Shown here: one piece after another, positions 44,189 through 53,473 of the stretch
Numbering within the stretch: position 1 is the first letter of the stretch
Layout: each line of letters begins with the position of its first letter
Origin: Candidatus Nomurabacteria bacterium
GTDB taxonomy: Bacteria; Patescibacteriota; Patescibacteriia; HK-STAS-PATE-3
Assembly: GCA_023898465.1 (NCBI GenBank)
Contig: CP060223.1
Location: 608,001-672,000, forward strand
Length of the DNA stretch: 64,000 nt
Direction of reading: 5' to 3'
Translations under genes and position numbers: made by a program
The notes under the pieces: model-generated
The model's input: only the letters and a program-made list of their open reading frames with translations
Databases searched by the model: none
What the model was told of the DNA's origin: nothing

Positions 44189-45940
44189 ATGAAAGAACAA
44201 GCAGAAAAACTCCAACATATTCGTCACTCCTTTGCTCACCTACTCGCAGCTGCCGTACTACGTTTATGGCCTGATACAAAGCCTACTATTGGACCAGCCA
44301 TCGAAAACGGCTTCTATTATGATTTCGAATTTAAGTCACCAATCTCTGATAAGGATTTGCCAAAAATAGAAAAAATGATGCGCAAAACTTTGCAGGATTG
44401 GAAAGGCTTCGAGCGTTTTGAAGTATCTGCCAATGAAGCAAAGAAAGAATTTAAAACAAACGACTTTAAGCTCGAGTTGATTAAGGATCTGGAAAAAGAA
44501 AAACAAGCCATAACCATTTATCAATCTGGACACTTCAGAGATCTCTGCCGTGGTGGCCATGTTGAAGATATGAAAGAAATGAATCCTGAAGCATTTGGCT
44601 TGGCAAAGACCGCTGGAGCTTATTGGCGTGGCGATGAAAAGAAGCCAATGCTGACCCGCATTTACGGCTATGCCTTTGCTACAAAAGATGAGCTGGAAGC
44701 ATACAAAAAAATGCTTGAAGAAGCTGAGAAACGTGATCACCGTAAACTGGGTCAAGAGCTCGATCTCTTCACCTTCTCGGAATACGTTGGTGCGGGACTC
44801 CCCCTCTACACTCCCCGAGGTACTGTGCTCATCCGTGAAATTAGCGCGTACTTAAATGAACTAAAAGCCTCCAAGGGTTATGACTTCGTTGATATTCCTC
44901 ATATTGCGAAATCTGAACTCTATAAGACCTCCGGGCACTGGGACAAATTCAAGGATGGCATTTTTAAAGTGCAGGGACAGTCTGAGGAATTTGTGCTGAA
45001 GCCAATGAACTGCCCACACCATACGCAGATCTATGCCTCGCAGTTACGCAGCTACCGCGACCTGCCACTCCGCTATGCTGAGATTACCAAGCAATATCGC
45101 GATGAACAAAGCGGTGAGCTGCATGGATTATCCCGAGTGCGTTCAATTACTATCGACGATACGCATATCTTCTGCCGGCAGGATCAAATGCTGGAGGAAG
45201 CAAAAAACGCCTTTGCCATTATTGCTGAATTTAGTAAAACCCTAGGTTTACATTATCGAGTTACCCTGTCCGTTCGCGATCCGAAGCGCAAAAAAGATTA
45301 TCTCGGCAGCGACGAGGTATGGGAAAAAGCTGAGCAGGCCCTCGCACAGGTACTGAAAGATGAAGGTCAGGAATTTACCGTTGAGGAAGGTGAGGCAGCC
45401 TTCTATGGCCCAAAGATTGACTTCCATCAACTGGACGCTATTGGTCGTACTTGGCAGCTCTCCACTATTCAACTTGATTTTAACCAACCTGAACGCTTCA
45501 AGCTTGAATACACTGATACAAAAGGAGAGAAGGTGCGTCCGGTCATGCTTCATATTGCGGTCGCTGGATCACTGGAACGCTTCCTTTCAATTGCGATTGA
45601 ACACTTTGCCGGCGCCTTCCCGCTCTGGCTCTCACCAAGTCAGGTGCAGTTAATTCCAGTTACCAGTAAGCATGAAGAGTTTGTGCTTCAAATGGCGGAT
45701 GAATTTCGTACGCAAGGCATCCGCGTCGATGTGGACCTGATGAACGAAACCGTAGGGAATAAAATTCGCAAAGCAATTAAACGCAAAGTCCCCTACCTGC
45801 TTGTCATCGGTGATAAAGAACTTGCTTCGCCAAAACTGCATGTACGGAAACGCGGCAGTGAAGAGGTGCATGAATATACCAAGAAGAAATTCTTTGAAGA
45901 TATTCAAGAAAAGATCGCCCAACGCTCGCTCGAGCTGTAA
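44189..45940 (+). CDS. thrS: Threonyl-tRNA synthetase (lacks the N-terminal TGS domain)
   Basis: It begins at the editing-domain motif HIRHSFAHLLAAAVLRLWPDTKPTIGPAIENGFYYDF. It has class II core motifs and a C-terminal anticodon-binding domain. Confidence 0.85.
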   Translation: MKEQAEKLQHIRHSFAHLLAAAVLRLWPDTKPTIGPAIENGFYYDFEFKSPISDKDLPKIEKMMRKTLQDWKGFERFEVSANEAKKEFKTNDFKLELIKDLEKEKQAITIYQSGHFRDLCRGGHVEDMKEMNPEAFGLAKTAGAYWRGDEKKPMLTRIYGYAFATKDELEAYKKMLEEAEKRDHRKLGQELDLFTFSEYVGAGLPLYTPRGTVLIREISAYLNELKASKGYDFVDIPHIAKSELYKTSGHWDKFKDGIFKVQGQSEEFVLKPMNCPHHTQIYASQLRSYRDLPLRYAEITKQYRDEQSGELHGLSRVRSITIDDTHIFCRQDQMLEEAKNAFAIIAEFSKTLGLHYRVTLSVRDPKRKKDYLGSDEVWEKAEQALAQVLKDEGQEFTVEEGEAAFYGPKIDFHQLDAIGRTWQLSTIQLDFNQPERFKLEYTDTKGEKVRPVMLHIAVAGSLERFLSIAIEHFAGAFPLWLSPSQVQLIPVTSKHEEFVLQMADEFRTQGIRVDVDLMNETVGNKIRKAIKRKVPYLLVIGDKELASPKLHVRKRGSEEVHEYTKKKFFEDIQEKIAQRSLEL

Positions 45941-46001
45941 AAATTGCTGCAGGTAACGCAGGTAATTAAATGTTTACTCGTCTGCGTCTACTCAATCCAT
46001 C

Positions 46002-46030
46002 TTGACAGAAAGTGGGACTGCTCGTATCTT
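46002..46030 (+). promoter_or_regulatory. sigma70-like promoter of the 46094 gene
   Basis: It is TTGACA, a 17 nt spacer and TATCTT. A GGGAGG Shine-Dalgarno sits 7 nt before the ATG at 46094. Confidence 0.4.
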
Positions 46031-46093
46031 CACCTTATCCGACCTCGGTTGGATATTGCACATCATAATACACCCACTGCCCGGGAGGTCAGT

Positions 46094-46501
46094 ATGTCCC
46101 CGCAGAACGATCGAACAACTGGAGTGCCCCATCCGGCGTTTTGGTATCGACAAACCCTCATGGCGCGTCTCGCCTGCTTTGGTGTAACGCCTGATCGTTT
46201 GGCTCAGCTACGCACGCTCATCTCGCCGGATGACGAAATCACTCTCTACGGACTGATGAATAGCAAGCTCTTTGCTCTGCCGAGCACCTTGTATGATGGG
46301 GGCTTCCCTGCCGACAAGGTAGCACAGGCAACCCAAAGCGCTGAGGAAGAGCTTCGTCACGTCACTGATTGGATTGTCACGCTGCATCGGCAACATGCCG
46401 TACCATTGACCATCGTGCCGGCAACGGACACGAGCACCGAGCACACTGATACAGGACAAGGGGTTGGAGATGGCGGTAACGACGTGGACCTGGCGGTGTA
46501 A
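46094..46501 (+). CDS. Hypothetical protein (high-GC gene, ~57% GC)
   Basis: It has a good Shine-Dalgarno (GGGAGG) and a terminator-like hairpin after the stop (46508-46545). Its composition differs from the neighbouring genes. I recognised no family. Confidence 0.45.
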   Translation: MSPQNDRTTGVPHPAFWYRQTLMARLACFGVTPDRLAQLRTLISPDDEITLYGLMNSKLFALPSTLYDGGFPADKVAQATQSAEEELRHVTDWIVTLHRQHAVPLTIVPATDTSTEHTDTGQGVGDGGNDVDLAV

Positions 46502-46594
46502 CTCTCAAAAACCCTTCGGCGTTGCATAAACAAAGAAGGGTTTTTCCATTGACGCAAAATACTTTTTTCCCTAGACTCACTTTGGAGGTGAGTC

Positions 46595-46765
46595 ATGCCC
46601 TTTTCGAAAGACGACATTGCCCATATCCTTCGTGGCATCTGCTTTTCCCTTGGTCACCGAGGCTCTGTAGCAGAGGATCTCATGATGCTTCGTGATGACC
46701 GTAGGAGGACGAAGGAGAAGATGCGGAACAAGGCAGCAACCGCACCTGAATCAAGGGAAAAATAA
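46595..46765 (+). CDS. Small hypothetical protein (56 aa, basic C-terminus)
   Basis: It has its own promoter-like TTGACG, a 17 nt spacer and TAGACT. A GGAGGTG Shine-Dalgarno sits 5 nt before the ATG. I translated it by hand as MPFSKDDIAHILRGICFSLGHRGSVAEDLMMLRDDRRRTKEKMRNKAATAPESREK. Confidence 0.35.
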   Translation: MPFSKDDIAHILRGICFSLGHRGSVAEDLMMLRDDRRRTKEKMRNKAATAPESREK

Positions 46766-46811
46766 TCTACACCTACAAGCTTCTGGCTCGCTCAGAAGCT
46801 TCTTCCTAGCT

Positions 46812-47717
46812 ATGTCCCTCACACAAGTTATAATCATCCTGGGCCCCACCGCCTCTGGTAAATCATCTCTGGCTATTGCTCTGGCTAAGCGCTTCAAAGG
46901 GGAAATTATTTCCGCTGACTCTCGCCAGGTCTATCGTGGTCTTGATATTGGGACAGGCAAAGTGACAAAGAGAGAGATGCAAAGTATCCCCCATTATCTC
47001 TTGGATATTGCTAGTCCAACACGACAATACACTGTAGCGCAATTTCAAAAAGAGACTCAAAAGACTATTCGCAAGATTACTCGAAATAATAATTTGCCTA
47101 TCATCTGCGGTGGCACTGGTTTTTATATTGATGCAGTTGTTTCTGGTACAACACTTCCAGAGGTAAGGCCGAATAAAAAACTGCGAAAGCAACTGGTCAA
47201 AAAAACACCTGCGCAACTATTTCATATGCTGCAAAAGCTTGATCCTATTCGAGCGAAAAGTATTGACCCTCAAAATCCCGTGCGTCTGATTCGAGCAATT
47301 GAAATTGCCCAAAGCCTTGGCCGCGTACCTCAACTTCACGTAAAATCTCAATACGACGCATTGAAAATTGGTATCACTCTATCAAAAGAAAAACTGCACG
47401 ATAACATCCATCGTCGTTTACACGCTCGGATGCGGCAAGGCATGCTGGCCGAAGCAAAACGTTTGCATCGTCAGGGTCTAAGCTATCGTCGCATGGAAGC
47501 ACTTGGTTTGGAGTATCGCTATCTTGCCTATCACCTGCAGGGTAAATTAACAAAAAGTGAGATGCTGCAGCAGCTGGAGAAAGCTATCCAGCACTATGCC
47601 AAACGACAGATGACCTGGTTCAAGCGGGATAAAAATATACATTGGGTGAAAAGCGCCAAAGAGGCACAGGTGCTTACCAGGCAGTTTCTCAAAAAAGAAA
47701 ACTCTCCCCAGTCCTAG
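46812..47717 (+). CDS. miaA: tRNA dimethylallyltransferase
   Basis: Its P-loop N-terminus is MSLTQVIIILGPTASGKSSLAIALA, with DSRQVYRGLDIGTGK. The track ORF starts 120 nt upstream at a spurious Met. Confidence 0.85.
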   Translation: MSLTQVIIILGPTASGKSSLAIALAKRFKGEIISADSRQVYRGLDIGTGKVTKREMQSIPHYLLDIASPTRQYTVAQFQKETQKTIRKITRNNNLPIICGGTGFYIDAVVSGTTLPEVRPNKKLRKQLVKKTPAQLFHMLQKLDPIRAKSIDPQNPVRLIRAIEIAQSLGRVPQLHVKSQYDALKIGITLSKEKLHDNIHRRLHARMRQGMLAEAKRLHRQGLSYRRMEALGLEYRYLAYHLQGKLTKSEMLQQLEKAIQHYAKRQMTWFKRDKNIHWVKSAKEAQVLTRQFLKKENSPQS

Positions 47718-47735
47718 ACCAGGGAGAGCACATGT

Positions 47736-49262
47736 TCAGTCAACCAGCACTTCCCTCCTATCAAAGTGCTGTTCGCAGTAGTGGCAGGCCAGGACTTCCC
47801 GCCCTTCTCCGTTCACATGAAAGTGAGGATAGAGCGCTGCCTCCGCATCACACCTGGTCACGCAAGCCGGGTTGGGACAAGATCCGATACCGGTGATCTC
47901 ACGCACGGTCGCCACCCGCCGCTTCGTTAGCACACCATCACGAATTTCGTTGATGGTCACTTGAGGCACCAAGATGCCGATGGCAGAGAGCTCCCTTGCA
48001 TTCAAGAAAACATCTTCCAGCCGGAGCGTATCCTTCTTGCCGCCCTGACCATTAGACCGCAGTCCCTGATCAAGTCCCACGTAGTGCGCATTTGGATCCA
48101 GACCGAGCACCGACTGAATCCTCCTGCCAAAACCTACAGGCAAATGATCAAGTACCGTCCCGTTACTGATGGGCAAGAAGCGCTGCTGCGCCAACTGCTT
48201 GCGAGCAATCGCTTCATCAGCCGACCCACTTCGCACATCCTCGATCTCCGGCCCAATCACCTCAAGAGGTGTCTCCGCACAGCGACTATGGAGCGCCTCA
48301 TTCAAAAGGGCCATCCTGATCGGCACGCCGTTCGCTGCCTGAGCGTCGATGATGACTCGTGGGTCACCGAGGACAGAAGGATGAATCTCATTGTCACCGA
48401 TCGGCAGGGGGTGCATCACCAAGACCTTAGACCCAAGCATGTCTAGGGCCGCCTGGTCAATCGTGAAACGACCGGCAACCCTGTGGTATTCGTACTCGCT
48501 CGGGAAACGCTCTCGTTGCACCCGAGTCGCATAGACCAAGTGGCACCCTGCCAGCGTCTCCAAATCACTCGCCACGGTGACATTGTACATGCCTCTCGTA
48601 TACCACCACTGCAACTGTGCTTCCGGTGCTGAGACTAGTACAATCTCCACACCCTCTAGCAGGCGCAGTGCGCGAATCAAGGAATGCACCGTGCGAGAAT
48701 ACTTGAAATCACCCACGAAACCAATCTTGAAACCATTCAGTCGACCCAAATGGCGCCGAATGGTGTAGAGATCAAGAAGGGTCTGGCTGGGATGCTCATT
48801 CGCACCGTCGCCAGCATTGAGTACGCAGAGTTGCATACCTCGCCGTGCAGCCATCTCAGCCACCCAACGAGGAGCACCCTCCACTTTTGTCCGCATCACC
48901 AGGGCTGACCCATTGTAGCCGCAGAACATTCGTGCGGTTGCCCCGAGTGTCTCCCCCTTTACCAAGGAAGTTCCCTCGGCCCCTGAGGTCAGCACATGCG
49001 GCAGACCCAGCAGACGCGCTGCCTCCTCGAATGATCCGGCGGTCCTAGTGCTCGGCTCTCCAAAGAGAAGCCGCACAACACCTTGATCGCTAACACTCGG
49101 CAAAGGCTCGCCCTTCTCCCAAGTCATTCGATAGGACTCAGCACTTGCCAAAACCCCATCGATGAAAGGAAGATCGAAATCACCAACCGAGATCACATGC
49201 TTCACTGCTTGCCTCCTTGTCAACCCAAGCAACAACTTCGATGTTAAACACAGAAGGTTCAC
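47736..49262 (-). CDS. pyrBI: Aspartate carbamoyltransferase catalytic chain fused to regulatory chain (PyrB-PyrI single polypeptide)
   Basis: Residues 1-330 carry the STRT carbamoyl-phosphate motif (FGEPSTRTAGSFE) and the HPxQ motif (HPSQTLLDLYTI). Residues ~355-508 match PyrI (GTVLDHLP, zinc domain CPNPAC...CHYCEQHF). The frame has no internal stop. The gene is about 58% GC. Confidence 0.7.
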   Translation of the reverse strand: MNLLCLTSKLLLGLTRRQAVKHVISVGDFDLPFIDGVLASAESYRMTWEKGEPLPSVSDQGVVRLLFGEPSTRTAGSFEEAARLLGLPHVLTSGAEGTSLVKGETLGATARMFCGYNGSALVMRTKVEGAPRWVAEMAARRGMQLCVLNAGDGANEHPSQTLLDLYTIRRHLGRLNGFKIGFVGDFKYSRTVHSLIRALRLLEGVEIVLVSAPEAQLQWWYTRGMYNVTVASDLETLAGCHLVYATRVQRERFPSEYEYHRVAGRFTIDQAALDMLGSKVLVMHPLPIGDNEIHPSVLGDPRVIIDAQAANGVPIRMALLNEALHSRCAETPLEVIGPEIEDVRSGSADEAIARKQLAQQRFLPISNGTVLDHLPVGFGRRIQSVLGLDPNAHYVGLDQGLRSNGQGGKKDTLRLEDVFLNARELSAIGILVPQVTINEIRDGVLTKRRVATVREITGIGSCPNPACVTRCDAEAALYPHFHVNGEGREVLACHYCEQHFDRREVLVD

Positions 49263-49518
49263 TCCTGTGCCCTCTAGAAGAACTGAGTCCCGCGTACCGA
49301 AGCATCAAGAATGCTCCCGGGTACGAAATCTATTTAACCCACATGAACCCATATGCGACTCACTGGGTTATGCGGAGGTATGTCAACGAGCACAAAAAAT
49401 CCGCCACTGGGCGGATCAAATCAGCCTTATTGCCTCCGAAATATCTGGTACAGAGTATTTCATTCCTACGAGAGTGTAAACCGGACAACCTACAGCGTCA
49501 AGTGGAAAAAGTAAATGA

Positions 49519-49547
49519 TTGACATTTCCGCAAAAATGCCCTAAAAT
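49519..49547 (+). promoter_or_regulatory. Strong sigma70-type promoter of nhaA
   Basis: It is TTGACA (49519-24), a 17 nt spacer and TAAAAT (49542-47). A GGGAGGG Shine-Dalgarno sits before the ATG at 49599. Confidence 0.55.
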
Positions 49548-49598
49548 GCGCCCGAACTTGAGCTATACGAGGCTCCGCAACACCGAGGGAGGGTTTGT

Positions 49599-50738
49599 AT
49601 GCGGCAACTCAGCCGTGGTATTGATTTCTTGTTCGAGAACTCGATCTTTCTCATTCTATCGGCCGTGATTGCCCTAATCTGGGCCAATCACGACTACGAG
49701 GCCTACGAGAACTTTGTCTACCCGGTGCACTTCTGGATCAACGACGTCGCCATGTGCTTCTTCTTTGGCATGGCGGCCAAGGAAATCTGGGAGTCTTTTC
49801 TCCCGGGAGGCGCGCTGTCATCACCCAAACAAGCATCCCTTCCGATTATCGCCACACTCGGCGGTATGACTGGACCTGCAGTGCTCTACCTCATCTCCTG
49901 CAGTCTCTTCAAGTTGGAAGTGCTGCAGGTTGGGTGGGCAATTCCTTGCGCCACCGACATCGCCTTCTCCTACCTCTTCGCACGGATGATCTTTGGCAAA
50001 GGACATCCGGCAATCCCCTTCCTGCTCCTCCTCGCTATCGCCGACGACGCGCTCGGACTCATTGTCTTGGCAGTCTTTTACCCCAACGGCGATGTCTCTC
50101 TGCTGCACTTCCTCGGCTGGGTAGCTCCTGCCATGGGAATCGCCTATGTCATGCGTCGCAAGCGCGTGCTCAGCTTCTGGCCCTATCTACTGATCCCGGG
50201 AGTCATGAGCTGGTACGGCTTCTTCCGCGGCGGCATCCATCCGGCTCTGGCCCTAGTGGTCATCGTCCCGCTGATGCCAAGCGCCAAAGCTGACCTGGGA
50301 CTCTTTGCGGAGAACGAGGAAAATCGCCAAGACACCCTGGACCGCTTCGAGCACTGGTGGAAGAAACCTGTCGAGCTGATTCTTGGTCTCTTCGGTCTCG
50401 TGAATGCTGGAGTACTCTTTGGCAACGCTGGCATCGCTACTGGCATCGTGATGGTCTCATTGCTGCTGGGCAAACCACTGGGCATTACCATCTTTACGCT
50501 GATCGGCATGGGCTTCGGCCTGAGTCTACCGCGCAGGATGTCGATGCGAGACGTCATCGTCCTTGGCTCTGTTGCTGGCGTAGGATTCACCGTTGCGCTC
50601 TTTGTAGCCACGGTGGCTCTGCCAGCCGGACCTCTGCTCGATGCGGCCAAGCTGGGAGCCCTTGCCTCCATGCTAGCCGCTGTACTTTCTCTCATCTTGG
50701 CAAAAATGCTGGGCGTCCGGCGTATCAGCCAAGCCTAA
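49599..50738 (+). CDS. nhaA: Na+/H+ antiporter NhaA
   Basis: It has NhaA-family blocks (FFFGMAAKEIW; AIPCATDIAFSY; LLLAIADDALG) and about 11 TM helices. The gene is high-GC. Confidence 0.8.
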   Translation: MRQLSRGIDFLFENSIFLILSAVIALIWANHDYEAYENFVYPVHFWINDVAMCFFFGMAAKEIWESFLPGGALSSPKQASLPIIATLGGMTGPAVLYLISCSLFKLEVLQVGWAIPCATDIAFSYLFARMIFGKGHPAIPFLLLLAIADDALGLIVLAVFYPNGDVSLLHFLGWVAPAMGIAYVMRRKRVLSFWPYLLIPGVMSWYGFFRGGIHPALALVVIVPLMPSAKADLGLFAENEENRQDTLDRFEHWWKKPVELILGLFGLVNAGVLFGNAGIATGIVMVSLLLGKPLGITIFTLIGMGFGLSLPRRMSMRDVIVLGSVAGVGFTVALFVATVALPAGPLLDAAKLGALASMLAAVLSLILAKMLGVRRISQA

Positions 50739-50748
50739 ATCTCAACCC

Positions 50749-50780
50749 GAAGCCACGGACACTCGTTCGTGGCTTCTTTC
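50749..50780 (+). terminator. Hairpin terminator after nhaA
   Basis: It is a 9-bp stem, GAAGCCACG...CGTGGCTTC, followed by TTTCT. The T-run is weak. Confidence 0.45.
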
Positions 50781-50782
50781 TA

Positions 50783-51958
50783 CTACAATGCTAAGGGATT
50801 AACCCAAGGAGTGAGAGCGGCCTCACTCTGTACATAGCCAGCAATATCAGTCACAGACCCTAGGTGAATACCAAAGTGCAAATGCTTTCGCTCACCATCA
50901 GTTTCGCTTGTTCCACCTTTCCCTAAATATCCGAGCTCTTGTCCAGCCAGCACCTGCGCACCAAGCCTTGGTAAACTGTCTGGCGCAATATGTCCATAGA
51001 CTGCGGTGTAGGTCTCGCTCTGCCATTGAAAGCGTAAAACAAAAACACCGCCGTATCCTGAGGCAGTGCGTGAGAGGATGATTTCCCCGGGCCCAATTGC
51101 CCGCACTGGTATAGGAATATCATCGGTGTCACCAAACTCAACATCAACAGCAGTATGAAAACCACTGAATCGTTCGGGTTGAACTGGAGAGTTTTGCGCA
51201 GTGATGTACTGACCAAAATGTTTCAAGGTTATACGATCACGAAACTGCTCAATTGGTTCAAGGAGATGCGCAGTCGGAAGTGCTGCAGTGTCAACGACAA
51301 GTGACTCTAAAAAACGATCATACACGGACTGATCTAAATCTGGGTGTTTGGCAATGACATAAAAAACCGAGGGGCTATCATCACTCACTCGCACATCAGT
51401 TACCATATGTCGTTGATTACGCCAAGCTGGTTGGGCAGGAAAATTTCCCACCCCGGCCTTTTTCTCAATGTCATAGCGCACTGCTGGACGCCCAACAACC
51501 GTTAATTCTTCACGTGAGTGAATAGTCACTGTGGAAAGCGTAAGAAAATCGTTGGCAGTGAAGCTGCGTAAAAAGATTTGTGATTGCGCCAACGTGTTCT
51601 CACCCGCTGCGGCTGGGTCGTAAATATTGAGTGCGGCAATTTCCTTGACGGCCTCAGCTTGCCAAGTTGGAGGAATCTCTGCGCTAAACTGAAAATCAGC
51701 GCTGCTATCACTTAGCTCCTGGGCAAGTAAGACTTTAGTGCTTGGTCGGGTTGTAGGATCAGTGATCTCAGTATTTATATCAGCCACATCCTCATCCACA
51801 TTCACTGACTCTTCAGCATTTGGTAAACCAGTTAACCCTACCACTACAACGATAACTGCAACTATAGCAACAACGGTCCAGATGGTAGAAAACCCTCTAG
51901 GCGATTCGGCTCTATGCTGCGTAAATAACCAAAATCGACGTAGCATTGACTTTAGCAT
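50783..51958 (-). CDS. M23-family metallopeptidase with N-terminal membrane anchor
   Basis: Its C-terminal LytM-type motifs are HTAVDVEF, GIHLG and HLHFGIH. It has an N-terminal TM helix. Confidence 0.7.
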   Translation of the reverse strand: MLKSMLRRFWLFTQHRAESPRGFSTIWTVVAIVAVIVVVVGLTGLPNAEESVNVDEDVADINTEITDPTTRPSTKVLLAQELSDSSADFQFSAEIPPTWQAEAVKEIAALNIYDPAAAGENTLAQSQIFLRSFTANDFLTLSTVTIHSREELTVVGRPAVRYDIEKKAGVGNFPAQPAWRNQRHMVTDVRVSDDSPSVFYVIAKHPDLDQSVYDRFLESLVVDTAALPTAHLLEPIEQFRDRITLKHFGQYITAQNSPVQPERFSGFHTAVDVEFGDTDDIPIPVRAIGPGEIILSRTASGYGGVFVLRFQWQSETYTAVYGHIAPDSLPRLGAQVLAGQELGYLGKGGTSETDGERKHLHFGIHLGSVTDIAGYVQSEAALTPWVNPLAL

Positions 51959-51978
51959 AGCATAGGAATGAAGAAACT

Positions 51979-53469
51979 CTAAGCGCTTGTCAAGCGTTCT
52001 TCAAGAAGCTTTTCTAAGACTTTAGGGTCAGCTCTCCCCTGTGTCTCTCGCATAGCCTGGCCCAGGAAGAACTTGAGTAAAGCGATTTTACCTTTGCGAT
52101 ACTCTTCAGCTTTCTCTGGATGCGCATCGAGCACTTTTTGCACCACGTCTCGTAAAGCACCCTCATCGCTCACCTGCCCTAAACCTTTCTGCGCGACAAT
52201 ATCAGAAGGATCGCCACCAATTTTTACCATTTCCTCGAGAAGTTGTTGAGCAGCCGGCGCATTGACCGCACCTGATTGCACAATCTTCACATACTCAGCG
52301 AAATTCTCTGGTGTGATATCTTTAGCATTCGACACTTCATTGCGAAGTTTTTCATAGCGATGCACAAGCAGATTGGCAACTTGCTTGGCATACTTTCCTT
52401 TTTCCTGCTCCCAAACCAGCCCCGGCTCGTTCTCTGCTTCCATCCAAGCGCGCAGCTCTGAAACAACCTCTTCAGCAAATTTCCCTAAATGCTGGTCAGT
52501 CACTAAACGCTCTATCACTTCGACCGGGAAGCCTAATTCTGACTGATAACGCTGACGACGTGCAGCCGGAAGCTCGGGCATAGCAGCAGCAATTTTTTCG
52601 AGATACTCAGCGCTAAAATGTAGAGGTGGAATATCCGGCTCAGGGAAATAGCGGTAGTCGGCTGCTTCTTCTTTCGTACGCTGCTCGACTGTTTCATTCT
52701 TTGTCTCTTCCCAACCGCGAGTGGCTAACTGCATCGGCGGCATGCCTGCCTCCCATAATTTTGTCTGACGCTCGACTTCAAAAGTTAACGCGCGCTCGAC
52801 TGAACGGAAGGAATTCAGGTTTTTAATCTCGGTTTTGGGATAGAGCTCAGTATCACCCTCTGGACGCAATGAAATGTTTGCATCAACACGCAGTTGACCT
52901 TTTTCCATATCAGCATTCGATACGCCAAGGTAACGCATGAGTAAGCGTAATTCAGTTAAGAAGATGCGCGCTTGAGCTGGGGTCTGAATATCCGGCTTGG
53001 TGACAATCTCAGCTAAGGGGGTGCCTGCTCTATTAAAATCGATTTGCGTCATCTCCTGACCCGGTTCGTGTAAAAGCTTGGCTGAATCCTCTTCTAAATG
53101 CAGACGCTCAATCCGCACCCGATGCGCTTGCTCGCCCTCAACCACATCCAGGTAACCATTCTCCCCAATCGGCTGATCCAACTGAGAGATTTGATAACCT
53201 TTCGAGAGATCGGGGTAAAAATAGTGTTTACGGTCAAACTTTGACTCAGTGTTTATTTTGCAGTTGAGGCCGAGGGCAGCCAAAACTGACCAGTCAATCG
53301 CTTGCTGATTAGGCACAGGGAGAGTACCTGGCTGCGCAGTACAAATCTCACAGATAGTAGTGTTGGGGGCTTGTCCTTCACCGGTATTATCACAAGCGCA
53401 AAAGAGTTTGCTCTTCGTTTTTAGCTGTACGTGAATTTCTAATCCAATAATTGTTTCGTAGGTAGCCAT
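51979..53469 (-). CDS. gatB: Asp-tRNA(Asn)/Glu-tRNA(Gln) amidotransferase subunit B
   Basis: Its N-terminus is MATYETIIGLEIHVQLKTKSKLFCAC. It has a C-terminal YqeY-like tail. Confidence 0.9.
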   Translation of the reverse strand: MATYETIIGLEIHVQLKTKSKLFCACDNTGEGQAPNTTICEICTAQPGTLPVPNQQAIDWSVLAALGLNCKINTESKFDRKHYFYPDLSKGYQISQLDQPIGENGYLDVVEGEQAHRVRIERLHLEEDSAKLLHEPGQEMTQIDFNRAGTPLAEIVTKPDIQTPAQARIFLTELRLLMRYLGVSNADMEKGQLRVDANISLRPEGDTELYPKTEIKNLNSFRSVERALTFEVERQTKLWEAGMPPMQLATRGWEETKNETVEQRTKEEAADYRYFPEPDIPPLHFSAEYLEKIAAAMPELPAARRQRYQSELGFPVEVIERLVTDQHLGKFAEEVVSELRAWMEAENEPGLVWEQEKGKYAKQVANLLVHRYEKLRNEVSNAKDITPENFAEYVKIVQSGAVNAPAAQQLLEEMVKIGGDPSDIVAQKGLGQVSDEGALRDVVQKVLDAHPEKAEEYRKGKIALLKFFLGQAMRETQGRADPKVLEKLLEERLTSA

Positions 53470-53473
53470 GAGA

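Noticed and set aside
47961-50794. Long antisense ORFs in the high-GC patch (47961-48446 plus; 49754-50293 and 50357-50794 plus; 49821-50108 and 50183-50695 minus)
   Set aside because: This is a typical high-GC artefact. They overlap pyrBI and nhaA, which carry clear catalytic and TM motifs, whereas the antisense frames are Arg/Ala/Pro-rich without motifs.
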